A stretch of DNA of 64,000 nucleotides from Candidatus Niyogibacteria bacterium (GTDB lineage Bacteria > Patescibacteriota > Minisyncoccia > HO2-45-28). Position numbers and translations under genes: made by a program. The notes under the pieces were generated by a model, which was not told the origin of the DNA, made no database searches, and saw only the letters and a program-made list of their open reading frames with translations. The number at the start of each line of letters is the position of its first letter. The first letter of the stretch is position 1. Below, piece after piece: positions 56,178-64,000 of the stretch. The stretch lies in the NCBI GenBank assembly GCA_016432485.1, contig CP066691.1, positions 11,348-75,347 on the forward strand, read 5' to 3'.

Positions 56178-56459
56178 ATGGTTGTCAGAATGCGTCATAC
56201 AAAGGGCCATACGGGCCGCAGGCGTTCGCATCACGCCCTGTCCGCTAGCGCGACTGTTTTATGCCCGAAATGCGGAGAATTAAAACTGCCGCAGAGGGTT
56301 TGTTCGAATTGCGGAACCTATAAAGGCCGCGAGGTTATTGATGTTTTAAAAAAATTAAGCAAAAAAGAAAAGAAAAGGAAAGAAAAAGAGCTCGCGAAAC
56401 AAGAAACCGAGCGAGCCGAGTCCAAGACGCTTGACGCAGCCGAGTTATCGCGGAAATAA
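56178..56459 (+). CDS. rpmF: 50S ribosomal protein L32 with Lys/Glu-rich C-terminal extension
   Basis: [16 protein letters not shown]...[25 protein letters not shown] matches the L32 zinc-ribbon pattern. Confidence 0.75.
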   Translation: MVVRMRHTKGHTGRRRSHHALSASATVLCPKCGELKLPQRVCSNCGTYKGREVIDVLKKLSKKEKKRKEKELAKQETERAESKTLDAAELSRK

Positions 56460-56504
56460 AATAACGAATTAGCAGTTGATAATCGCAAATTGAAAATTTT
56501 TTAA

Positions 56505-57395
56505 ATGGCCAATCGTCACCTTTCCCGCAGCATAGTTTTGCAGACCCTCTTTGAATGGGATTTTAACGGTTTTGTTTCAAAGAGCGCGGATGCCGGGCTT
56601 GAGCGCAATTTAAGCGAATTCGCTCCCGGACTTGAAGACGGCGGTTTTTCCAAAAAATTGATTAAGGGCATTGTTAAAAAGCGAAAGGAGCTGGATAAAA
56701 TCATTGAAAAAGCGGCGCCCGAATGGCCTTTGGCGCAAATCGCGATGATTGATCGCAATGTTCTGCGCATCGGACTTTACGAGCTTATTTTCGGCGACCG
56801 AAAAGAGGTGCCTCCGAAAGTTGCCATCAACGAAGCGATAGAACTGGCCAAGACTTTCGGCGGCGATTCATCCGGCAGGTTCGTCAACGGGGTTCTGGGC
56901 ACGGTTTACCGCGAAATGGGCGAGCCGGGCAAAGACGACGACAGTCAAAAAAAGAAAAAAATAGCCGACCCGTCAAAACTTCCCCGAGAAGAATTGGGCG
57001 GGGGTGTTGTGTATCGGCGCGAAAATGGAAAATTAAGTTTCGCTTTGGTGCATGATGTTTTCGGATACTGGACGCTTTCCAAGGGACATCTTGAGGAGGA
57101 TGAGGATGCCCGTCAAGGAACTAGCCGCGAACTTGCCGAAGAGCTGGGACTTAAAAATCTGGAACTGCTTGAAGAAATAGGAGTTAATGAATACATCGCT
57201 TCAGACCCCAAAAAAGGTCCGGTCAGGCGGCGCGTATCCTATTTTTTAGTTGAAGCAAAAGATAAAGATTTGCGGCTTGGGCCATCTGGCGGATTGGATG
57301 ACGCCCGATGGTTCAGCATTGAAGAAATGGAAGATTTAAAAATATATGACGATATCCGTCCGCTTATTCAAAAAGCGCTTTTGAAATTAAAATGA
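56505..57395 (+). CDS. nusB: Fusion: transcription antitermination factor NusB (N-terminal) + Nudix hydrolase (C-terminal)
   Basis: The NusB fold covers about aa 1-140 (SRSIVLQTLFEWDF...). A canonical Nudix box GHLEEDEDARQGTSRELAEELGL (G-x5-E-x7-REUxEExGU) lies in the C-terminal half. Confidence 0.75.
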   Translation: MANRHLSRSIVLQTLFEWDFNGFVSKSADAGLERNLSEFAPGLEDGGFSKKLIKGIVKKRKELDKIIEKAAPEWPLAQIAMIDRNVLRIGLYELIFGDRKEVPPKVAINEAIELAKTFGGDSSGRFVNGVLGTVYREMGEPGKDDDSQKKKKIADPSKLPREELGGGVVYRRENGKLSFALVHDVFGYWTLSKGHLEEDEDARQGTSRELAEELGLKNLELLEEIGVNEYIASDPKKGPVRRRVSYFLVEAKDKDLRLGPSGGLDDARWFSIEEMEDLKIYDDIRPLIQKALLKLK

Positions 57396-58084
57396 GAGAA
57401 TTTTCAAACTTTGAGCAGGAAATAGGCTATTCTTTTCAAAGTAAGGATTTGCTTACCGAAGCTTTTACCCACCGTTCTTATTTGAATGAGAATCCGTCCT
57501 GGCCTGGCGCCCATAACGAGCGTCTGGAATTTTTAGGAGACGCTGTTTTGGAATTGATAATCACCGAATATCTTTTTTACCGATTTCCCGAAAAGCCGGA
57601 AGGCGAATTAACCAGTCTTCGGGCGGCTCTTGTTAATGCCGGCATGCTTTCAAGCGTCGCTTCGGACATGGAAATGAATAATTTTTTGCTTTTGTCGCGC
57701 GGAGAAGCCAAGGATGTCGGGCGGGCCAGAGGTTATATTTTGGCTAACGCGGTGGAGGCGTTGATAGGCGCTTTGTATCTTGACGGCGGGCAGAGCGCCG
57801 CCAAAAATTTTATTGATAAATATATCGCGGTTAAAACCGATCTGGTTTTGGAAAAGCATTTATACCGCGACGCCAAAAGTCTTTTTCAGGAGAAAGCGCA
57901 GGATATTATCGGTATTACTCCCAATTATAAAGTTCTTGAAGAATGGGGGCCTGACCACGATAAACATTTTGTTATAGGGGTCTTTATCGGAGATGAACTT
58001 GCGGCTTCAGGCGAAGGTCCCTCAAAGCAAACTGCCGAACAGAATGCCGCCGAGGATGCGCTGAAAGTTAAGGGCTGGCAGTGA
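57392..58084 (+). CDS. rnc: Ribonuclease III
   Basis: ERLEFLGDAVLELIITEYL catalytic signature plus C-terminal dsRBD. Confidence 0.85.
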   Translation: MREFSNFEQEIGYSFQSKDLLTEAFTHRSYLNENPSWPGAHNERLEFLGDAVLELIITEYLFYRFPEKPEGELTSLRAALVNAGMLSSVASDMEMNNFLLLSRGEAKDVGRARGYILANAVEALIGALYLDGGQSAAKNFIDKYIAVKTDLVLEKHLYRDAKSLFQEKAQDIIGITPNYKVLEEWGPDHDKHFVIGVFIGDELAASGEGPSKQTAEQNAAEDALKVKGWQ

Positions 58085-58089
58085 GCTCT

Positions 58090-60294
58090 ATGGCTTTTCG
58101 GCTCAAAAAACTGGAGCTTTCCGGGTTTAAGTCTTTTGCCAAGGCGACTCATTTTGATTTTCCCCAGCCGATAACGGCGATTGTGGGTCCTAATGGCGCC
58201 GGCAAATCTAATGTTGTGGAATCTATTCGCTGGGTTTTGGGCGAGCAGTCGCTGAAAAGCTTAAGAGGCAAAAAAGGCGAAGACCTTATTTTCAGCGGGT
58301 CGCAATCTGCGCCCCGGCTTTCAAAAGCGTCAGTCGCTCTTTATTTTGATAATTCTCTGCACCAGTTTCCGATTGAGTTTGATGAGGTGGTGATCGGCCG
58401 AAGAGTGTATCGCGACGGCCAAAGCGAGTATCTTCTGAACGGTTCTGAAGTGCGGCTTAAGGATATTATTGAGCTTTTGGGCAGTGTCGGGTTGGGAGTT
58501 TCACAGCATCATATAATCGGCCAGGGCGAAGCCGACCGGATTCTTTACGCGTCATCCAAAGAAAAGCAGTCGGCGTTTGAAGACGCGCTCGGCCTCAAGG
58601 TATACCAGTTTAAAAGGATAGAAGCGGAAAGAAAATTATCCAAAACCGAAGAAAATATGCGGCAAGCTCAGGCTCTGCAAAAAGAGATTAAACCGCATCT
58701 GAAACATCTTGAGCGCTTGGTTGAAAGATATAAACAGGCGGAAGACATCAAAGCCGGCCTTGAGAAAGTGTTAAAAGAATATCTGGCCCGGCTGAAAGCA
58801 ACGCTTGAGAGCGCTAAGTCAGGCCTGTCTTCAAAAAAAGAAAAGCCGGTTTCCGAACTTCGCGTCGCTGAAAAAAAGATAGAAGAACTCAAAAATAAAC
58901 TAGCCGGCCTTGAAAAATTTGAAGAAGAGCCGAAAGGATTGAAGGAATTTGACGCTGAATTGAGCCGAATCCGCGAAAGCAAGGCTAAAATTGAACGCGA
59001 TTTGGGGCGTCTCGAAGGAATGATTGAGGTTTCTTCTTCCGAATCGTCAATAGAAGGTGAAAAGATTCCCAGGGAAGACGTGGAGGACTTACTTACGAGC
59101 CTTGACGATTCATTGTCTTCGGCCATGGATACTGACGTAATTGAAGAAATATACGCCATAATTCAGGAAGTTATTTCAAAAATAACCTCTTTTTTGGGCG
59201 GTTTTGTTTCGGGCACAGAAGCCAAGTCCGGACACGAAAATTTGTTTAAGAAGAAAAAAGAGATTGAAGCGGTTCTTTTACGCTTGTCGGATGAAGAAAA
59301 GGCGGCGATCAAAAAACGGGACGCGCTGAACTCGGTTTTTTATGAATATAATCGTGATCGTCGGATGGCTGAAAAAGATATTTTTGTCCTTGAATCAGAA
59401 ACGAACAATCTGCGAAACGCTCTTGGCGTTTTAGATTTGGAACAGGAAAAAATAAAGATGAAAGAAGAGGAGTTTATCCGCGAACTGGAAGAAGCCAGGA
59501 GATTTTTCGGCGAAAGCAAAATAGAATTGGCTGATGCCGAAATTTTTAATGAAAATGAGCGCGAAAAAATGAGGAAAGAACTCGACCGGATTAAATTCCG
59601 TCTGGAAGAGGCCGGAGGCGTGGACCAGGCTATAATCGGCGAATACGAAGAAATAAAAGGGCGCGACGAATTTTTTGCCAAAGAGCTGGAAGATTTGGGC
59701 AAGGCGGCCAAGAGTTTGCGCCAAATTTCAAGGGAACTGGGCGATAAAATAGAGCACGATTTCAATCAGGGGATAGAAAAAATAAATAAAGAATTCCAGA
59801 ATTTTTTTGAAACGATGTTCGGCGGAGGAAAAGCCAGGTTGGTTGTCATTCATCCGGAAAAAAGAACTAAGAAAGAAGGAGAAGAAGATTTAATTAATAC
59901 GGAAGAAGAAGGTTTGCCTGCCGAGGCTTTGATAAAAGAAGGCGGGGTTGAAATTGATGTCAGTTTGCCGAGGAAAAAAGTGAAAGGATTGGATATGCTT
60001 TCGGGAGGTGAACGAGCTTTGACTTCCATAGCACTTTTGTTCGCGATGTCAAAGGTGAATCCGCCGCCGTTCTTGGTTTTAGACGAAACCGACGCCGCTC
60101 TGGACGAATCCAATTCCAGAAGATATAGCGCGATGCTCAAAAATCTTTCCGCGACCACTCAAGTTATCACCATCACTCATAACCGCGAAACAATGCGTCA
60201 GGCCGGCGTTCTTTACGGAGTCACCATTGGTTCTGACGGCGTTTCGCGCATTTTGTCTCTTCGTCTCTCCGAAGCTGAAGAAATAGCGAAGTAG
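58090..60294 (+). CDS. smc: SMC-family chromosome segregation ATPase, unusually short (about 735 aa)
   Basis: N-terminal Walker A GPNGAGKSN. C-terminal LSGGERALTSIALLFA signature and FLVLDETDAALD Walker B. Long coiled-coil middle region. ScpA and ScpB are encoded upstream. Confidence 0.7.
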   Translation: MAFRLKKLELSGFKSFAKATHFDFPQPITAIVGPNGAGKSNVVESIRWVLGEQSLKSLRGKKGEDLIFSGSQSAPRLSKASVALYFDNSLHQFPIEFDEVVIGRRVYRDGQSEYLLNGSEVRLKDIIELLGSVGLGVSQHHIIGQGEADRILYASSKEKQSAFEDALGLKVYQFKRIEAERKLSKTEENMRQAQALQKEIKPHLKHLERLVERYKQAEDIKAGLEKVLKEYLARLKATLESAKSGLSSKKEKPVSELRVAEKKIEELKNKLAGLEKFEEEPKGLKEFDAELSRIRESKAKIERDLGRLEGMIEVSSSESSIEGEKIPREDVEDLLTSLDDSLSSAMDTDVIEEIYAIIQEVISKITSFLGGFVSGTEAKSGHENLFKKKKEIEAVLLRLSDEEKAAIKKRDALNSVFYEYNRDRRMAEKDIFVLESETNNLRNALGVLDLEQEKIKMKEEEFIRELEEARRFFGESKIELADAEIFNENEREKMRKELDRIKFRLEEAGGVDQAIIGEYEEIKGRDEFFAKELEDLGKAAKSLRQISRELGDKIEHDFNQGIEKINKEFQNFFETMFGGGKARLVVIHPEKRTKKEGEEDLINTEEEGLPAEALIKEGGVEIDVSLPRKKVKGLDMLSGGERALTSIALLFAMSKVNPPPFLVLDETDAALDESNSRRYSAMLKNLSATTQVITITHNRETMRQAGVLYGVTIGSDGVSRILSLRLSEAEEIAK

Positions 60295-60347
60295 ACCATT
60301 TTTTGATATAGTATTTTTAGGAGTTCTTCTGAAAAAAGGGAGGGGAC

Positions 60348-60821
60348 ATGGTCTACAGCGATAAAGTCGTTGATCATTTCAATAACCCCCGCAATATCGG
60401 AAGTTTGGATAAGAATGATCCAAAAGTCGGAACGGGGATTGCCGGAGCGCCCGAGTGCGGAGACGTGATGAAATTGCAGATTAAAGTGGTCCGTGAACAT
60501 TTATGTCAGGATTGCCAGAATTCTTGGCTGGCCGAATCGCAAGAGGCGACCTGTCCGCGCTGTAACGGCAATAAAATCAATATTCGGGATGTCATAGTTG
60601 ACGCCAAGTTTAAGACCTTCGGCTGCGGCAGCGCCATTGCCAGCTCCAGTTTAGCCACCGAGTGGTTAAAAGGAAAAACTCCCGATGAAGCTCTGGAAAT
60701 CAAAAATACTCAAATAGTCAATGAACTGAGTTTGCCGCCGGTAAAAATCCACTGCTCGGTTCTGGCCGAAGACGCCATTCGAGCTGCAGTTAAAGATTTC
60801 AAAAAGAAACAGAGTGAATAA
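60348..60821 (+). CDS. iscU: IscU/NifU-like Fe-S cluster scaffold with a 30-aa CxxC...CxxC insertion
   Basis: Near-identity to IscU blocks (YSDKVVDHFNNPRN, GAPECGDVMKLQIKV, KFKTFGCGSAIASSS, LPPVKIHCSVLAEDAI). It is interrupted by VREHLCQDCQNSWLAESQEATCPRCNGNKINIRD. Confidence 0.75.
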   Translation: MVYSDKVVDHFNNPRNIGSLDKNDPKVGTGIAGAPECGDVMKLQIKVVREHLCQDCQNSWLAESQEATCPRCNGNKINIRDVIVDAKFKTFGCGSAIASSSLATEWLKGKTPDEALEIKNTQIVNELSLPPVKIHCSVLAEDAIRAAVKDFKKKQSE

Positions 60822-60831
60822 ACCGTTTTCA

Positions 60832-60885
60832 ACGGCCGTTAAAATACGGCCGTTTGACTTTTGCGGTTTTATTTTATAAACTCTT
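60832..60885 (+). terminator. Rho-independent terminator (aacggccgt-taaaatac-ggccgtt + T-rich)
   Basis: Hairpin 12 nt after the iscU stop, followed by tgacttttgcggttttatttt. Confidence 0.6.
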
Positions 60886-60888
60886 TTT

Positions 60889-61227
60889 ATGTTGGTAATA
60901 CGATTACAGCGCGTAGGACGCAAAAACGACCCTCATTTCAGGGTCGTAATTATGGATAAAAGGAGCGCGGCTAAGGCCGGCAAAGCCATTGAATTTTTGG
61001 GTTCGTACGATTCTCGCCAGAAAGCAATAAATCTCAAAGAAGACCGGATTAAATACTGGCTTTCGGTGGGCGCTAAACCATCTGATACGGTTCATAATCT
61101 TTTGATTTCCAAAAATATCATTCAGGGCGTAAAAATAGACGTTTCGGCCAAATCCAAAAAGATTGAAGCTCCGGCCGAAGTTGCGGCGGAAAAAACGGAA
61201 GAAAAAGTTGAAGAAAAATCCGAATAA
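60889..61227 (+). CDS. rpsP: 30S ribosomal protein S16 with C-terminal extension
   Basis: MLVIRLQRVGRKNDPHFRVVIMD matches the S16 N terminus. Confidence 0.85.
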   Translation: MLVIRLQRVGRKNDPHFRVVIMDKRSAAKAGKAIEFLGSYDSRQKAINLKEDRIKYWLSVGAKPSDTVHNLLISKNIIQGVKIDVSAKSKKIEAPAEVAAEKTEEKVEEKSE

Positions 61228-61265
61228 CATTTGTAGCGATCTTTCTAACGGGGTAAAATTAACTG

Positions 61266-62342
61266 ATGATGTCTGATATCGTGATTTTTATAGTCGTGCT
61301 TGCTGTTTTGGTTTTGGCGCACGAATTCGGGCATTTTATTGCCGCAAGAAGAAAAGGAGTAAGGGTGGAAGAATTCGGTTTCGGTTTTCCGCCGCGGCTT
61401 TTCGGTTTTCAAAAAGGCGAAACTTTTTACTCTTTTAATCTTTTGCCGTTGGGGGGCTTTGTTAAGATTTCAGGCGAGAACGACGTTGACTCTTCCGACC
61501 CGCGAAATTTTGCTTCTCACGGCGTCAGAACACGCGCTTCCATACTTTCGGCCGGAGTTTTTTTCAATATTATTTTGGCTTTCATTATTTTTTCTTCGGC
61601 AGTATCAATCGGGATGCCGGTTGACGCCGGGGATCCGCTCTGGAGCGGGAGAGTTCGCGATAAAGCCGTAACCGTAGTTGAAATTTTGCCGGAATCGGCC
61701 GCCGAGACCGCGGGATTAATTATCGGCGATAAAATTCTGTCGCTTGAAGCCGATGCGGCGCGGGTCGTAACGACCGGCGTTTCGGATGTTCATGAATTCA
61801 CTGTAAATCACGCGGGCCGGCCGATAAAGATTGAAATAGATAGAAACGGCCAAAAAAATATTTTATCCGCGGTTTTAAGTGAAAATAAAATCGCTCCTTT
61901 GGGCGTTGCCACGGCCGAGATAGGAAAAATAGATGTTCCTTGGTATAAAATTCCATGGGTCGGTCTGGAGCTCACTTTTTTGACGGCGTGGCGGACGCTT
62001 GGAGGGTTTTTTCACATATTTCAGATGCTTTTTTCCGGTCAATCCGTAGCCGGTTTTATCAGCGGTCCTGTCGGAATTTTTTCCATTGTTTCGGGCAGTA
62101 TTGATATGGGACTTGCGGTCATAATGTCTTTGGTCGCGGTTCTTTCCATAAATCTGGCGATTATAAACCTCATACCCATTCCGGGGCTTGACGGCGGACA
62201 CCTGCTTTTTTTGGCTGTTGAAGCCGCGCGAGGCAGGCCGGTGGGCCGGAAAATAAGCGGCTTGGCGCATGCCGCCGGTTTTGCTATCTTGATAATGCTG
62301 ATGCTCGTTGTTACTTATTTGGATATTAAACTTAGATTATAA
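61266..62342 (+). CDS. rseP: Site-2 protease family zinc metalloprotease RseP (M50) with PDZ domain
   Basis: HEFGHF HExxH in TM1, PDZ (GDKILSL), LDGG motif near the C terminus. Confidence 0.85.
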   Translation: MMSDIVIFIVVLAVLVLAHEFGHFIAARRKGVRVEEFGFGFPPRLFGFQKGETFYSFNLLPLGGFVKISGENDVDSSDPRNFASHGVRTRASILSAGVFFNIILAFIIFSSAVSIGMPVDAGDPLWSGRVRDKAVTVVEILPESAAETAGLIIGDKILSLEADAARVVTTGVSDVHEFTVNHAGRPIKIEIDRNGQKNILSAVLSENKIAPLGVATAEIGKIDVPWYKIPWVGLELTFLTAWRTLGGFFHIFQMLFSGQSVAGFISGPVGIFSIVSGSIDMGLAVIMSLVAVLSINLAIINLIPIPGLDGGHLLFLAVEAARGRPVGRKISGLAHAAGFAILIMLMLVVTYLDIKLRL

Positions 62343-62350
62343 AAACAAGG

Positions 62351-63583
62351 ATGAAACAAAGTCAATTTTTTGTCAGAACTTTAAAGGAAAAGCCGAAAGA
62401 CGCCGAAAGCGCGGGGAATGCTTTTTTGCTTAGGGGCGGATTTATAGACAAAAATTCTTCCGGGGTTTATACTTTTTTGCCCATGGGACTGCGCGTTCTT
62501 GAAAAAATCAACAAAGTTATACGCGAAGAAATGAATGCCCTCGGCGCTTCCGAACTTTTGATGCCGGCACTCATTGCCGAAAAATACTGGAAATCCACCC
62601 GGCGCTGGGATGCCGAAGTGCTTTATAAAGTTAAGGATTCGTCTGGGCAGGATTACGGCCTTGCTTTTACCCACGAAGAAGTTTTAACTCCGCTTCTTAA
62701 AAAATTCATATCCAGCTATAGAGACCTGCCGCTGGCGCTTTATCAGATTCAGACAAAGTTTAGAGATGAGCCAAGGGCCAGAGCCGGACTTATCAGGACC
62801 AAAGAGTTTGTGATGAAAGATCTTTATAGTTTTCATTCCGATGAAAAAGATTTAGAGTCTTATTATTGGCGCGCGGCCGGCGCTTACAAGAAAATATTCA
62901 AGCGTTTAGGTCTTGAAGCTAAAATTGTTGAGGCTTCGGGTGGCGGATTCACCAAAGAATATACTCACGAATTTCAGGTTCTGACACCGGCCGGTGAAGA
63001 CGAAATTTTTTACTGCCTCGATTGTGATTTCGCGCAGAATAAAGAAATCACTAAGATCAAAGAAGGAGATAAATGTCCGAACTGCGGCAAAGACAGAATT
63101 AAAAAAGAAAACGGTATTGAGGCGGGAAACATTTTCAGACTGGGCACCCGTTTTTCCGAAGCGGCCGACCTTTCATATAAAGACAAAAGCGGCAACAAAA
63201 AATTCGTGGTTATGGGTTCTTACGGCATCGGGCCTTCAAGGATAATGGGGGCGCTTGCTGAAATAAACCGCGATGAAAAAGGTCTGATTTGGACTTCGGA
63301 GACAAGTCCGTTTAAGGCTCATTTACTTGAGTTTGAAGGCGGAGAAAAACAAGCTGCCGGCGTTTATAAAGCATTGAGCGATGCCGGAGCGGAAACGCTG
63401 TATGATGATCGTAATGGAGCTACTGCCGGCGAAAAATTAGCCGATGCCGACTTGCTGGGAATTACCTGGCGGGTTATCGCGAGCGCGCGAACACGCGCTC
63501 AAAATAAAATTGAGCTTAAAATGAGAGGTGAAAATCAAAGCCGGCAGGTCACCTTAAAACAGCTTTTAAATTATGTTAAATAA
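62351..63583 (+). CDS. proS: Proline--tRNA ligase, compact form with Cys4 zinc ribbon in place of the INS editing domain
   Basis: Motif 1/2 blocks (YTFLPMGLRVL, FRDEPRARAGLIRTKEFVMKD), CLDCD...CPNCG, anticodon-binding C-terminal. Confidence 0.75.
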   Translation: MKQSQFFVRTLKEKPKDAESAGNAFLLRGGFIDKNSSGVYTFLPMGLRVLEKINKVIREEMNALGASELLMPALIAEKYWKSTRRWDAEVLYKVKDSSGQDYGLAFTHEEVLTPLLKKFISSYRDLPLALYQIQTKFRDEPRARAGLIRTKEFVMKDLYSFHSDEKDLESYYWRAAGAYKKIFKRLGLEAKIVEASGGGFTKEYTHEFQVLTPAGEDEIFYCLDCDFAQNKEITKIKEGDKCPNCGKDRIKKENGIEAGNIFRLGTRFSEAADLSYKDKSGNKKFVVMGSYGIGPSRIMGALAEINRDEKGLIWTSETSPFKAHLLEFEGGEKQAAGVYKALSDAGAETLYDDRNGATAGEKLADADLLGITWRVIASARTRAQNKIELKMRGENQSRQVTLKQLLNYVK

Positions 63584-64000
63584 ATTTTTCAGTTTTTTTT
63601 CAAAAGACGTGGGGATTGACCTTGGGACGGCCAATGTTTTGGTTTACGCGGAGGGCCGGGGCGTTGTCATAAACGAGCCGTCGGTAATCGCTTTGAATCA
63701 AAAAACCGGACAAGTGGTGGCCATAGGCGCTGAAGCCAGGCGGATGGTCGGCCGGACGCCGAGCCATGTTTCAATAGTGCGTCCGCTGGTTGAAGGCGTC
63801 ATATCTGATTTTGAGGTCACCCAGGAAATGCTTTCTTATTTTATTAAAAAAGTTCATCAGCCCAAGTCTTCTTTTTTGGCGCGGCCGCGCGTGGTTATTG
63901 GCGTGCCTTCCGGTATAACCGAGGTTGAACGCAGAGCCGTGAGGGATGCGGCGCGCAATTCAGGAGCCCGCGAAGTTTATTTGGTTGAGGAACCGATGGC
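63573..64000 (+). CDS. mreB: Rod shape-determining protein MreB (3' end beyond window)
   Basis: GIDLGTANVLVY, PSVIA, actin-fold phosphate-1 motif. It overlaps the proS stop by 11 nt and is truncated at the window edge. Confidence 0.85.
   Translation, partial: MLNKFFSFFSKDVGIDLGTANVLVYAEGRGVVINEPSVIALNQKTGQVVAIGAEARRMVGRTPSHVSIVRPLVEGVISDFEVTQEMLSYFIKKVHQPKSSFLARPRVVIGVPSGITEVERRAVRDAARNSGAREVYLVEEPM

Overview
This 64 kb window is low-GC bacterial chromosome with several hallmarks of a reduced genome: few Shine-Dalgarno sites, ProRS and AspRS without their insertion domains, and a short SMC. It may come from a CPR/Patescibacteria-like organism, but that is inference only.

Contents from left to right:
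- 1-21.9 kb: a surface-glycan locus built around a pseudaminic-acid-type nonulosonate pathway (pseB, pseC, pseH, pseI, pseF). It also carries an acetamidino-forming trio (PP-loop amidotransferase plus HisH/HisF homologs), a FemAB-like acyltransferase, a SAM methyltransferase, an AKR, a class-III aminotransferase, an MsbA-like ABC exporter, a KpsS/KpsC-family transferase and a second CapD/PseB-like dehydratase. A sulfation module (pyruvate-kinase-barrel::ATP-sulfurylase fusion plus sulfotransferase) sits at its left end.
- 21.9-27.3 kb: an O-antigen-ligase/TPR membrane protein, a Thr/Gly/Asn-rich tandem-repeat surface protein and a secreted protein with two peptidoglycan-binding domains.
- 27.3-41.4 kb: dnaX, a GT-C-like membrane protein, tRNA-Gln, an accessory stretch (ThiF/E1-like, PaaX-like regulator, nitroreductase, orphan histidine kinase), aspS, and a compositionally distinct GC-rich islet (small Zn-ribbon protein, FdtA-like cupin, membrane HExxH protein) carrying a duplicated 60-bp operator-like repeat.
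- 41.5-64 kb: housekeeping genes: scpA/scpB, a DacA-like carboxypeptidase, mraY, two PBP transpeptidases, greA, lysS, a dense DnaA-box cluster, mraZ-rsmH-ftsL-ftsI-murF, tRNA-Glu, rnhB, rpmF, a NusB::Nudix fusion, rnc, a short smc, iscU with a zinc-ribbon insert, rpsP, rseP, proS, and mreB (partial).

Most notable:
1. A tiny GIY-YIG-encoding unit bounded by perfect inverted repeats, plus an ORF-less 140-bp MITE-like derivative sharing the same termini. Both are wedged precisely between glycan genes.
2. A roughly 41-bp perfect-palindrome repeat family present twice in frame inside a protein-coding gene and once intergenically.
3. The pyruvate-kinase-barrel::ATP-sulfurylase fusion next to a sulfotransferase, with no APS kinase visible.
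4. An oriC-like DnaA-box array upstream of mraZ.

No rRNA genes or CRISPR arrays were seen.
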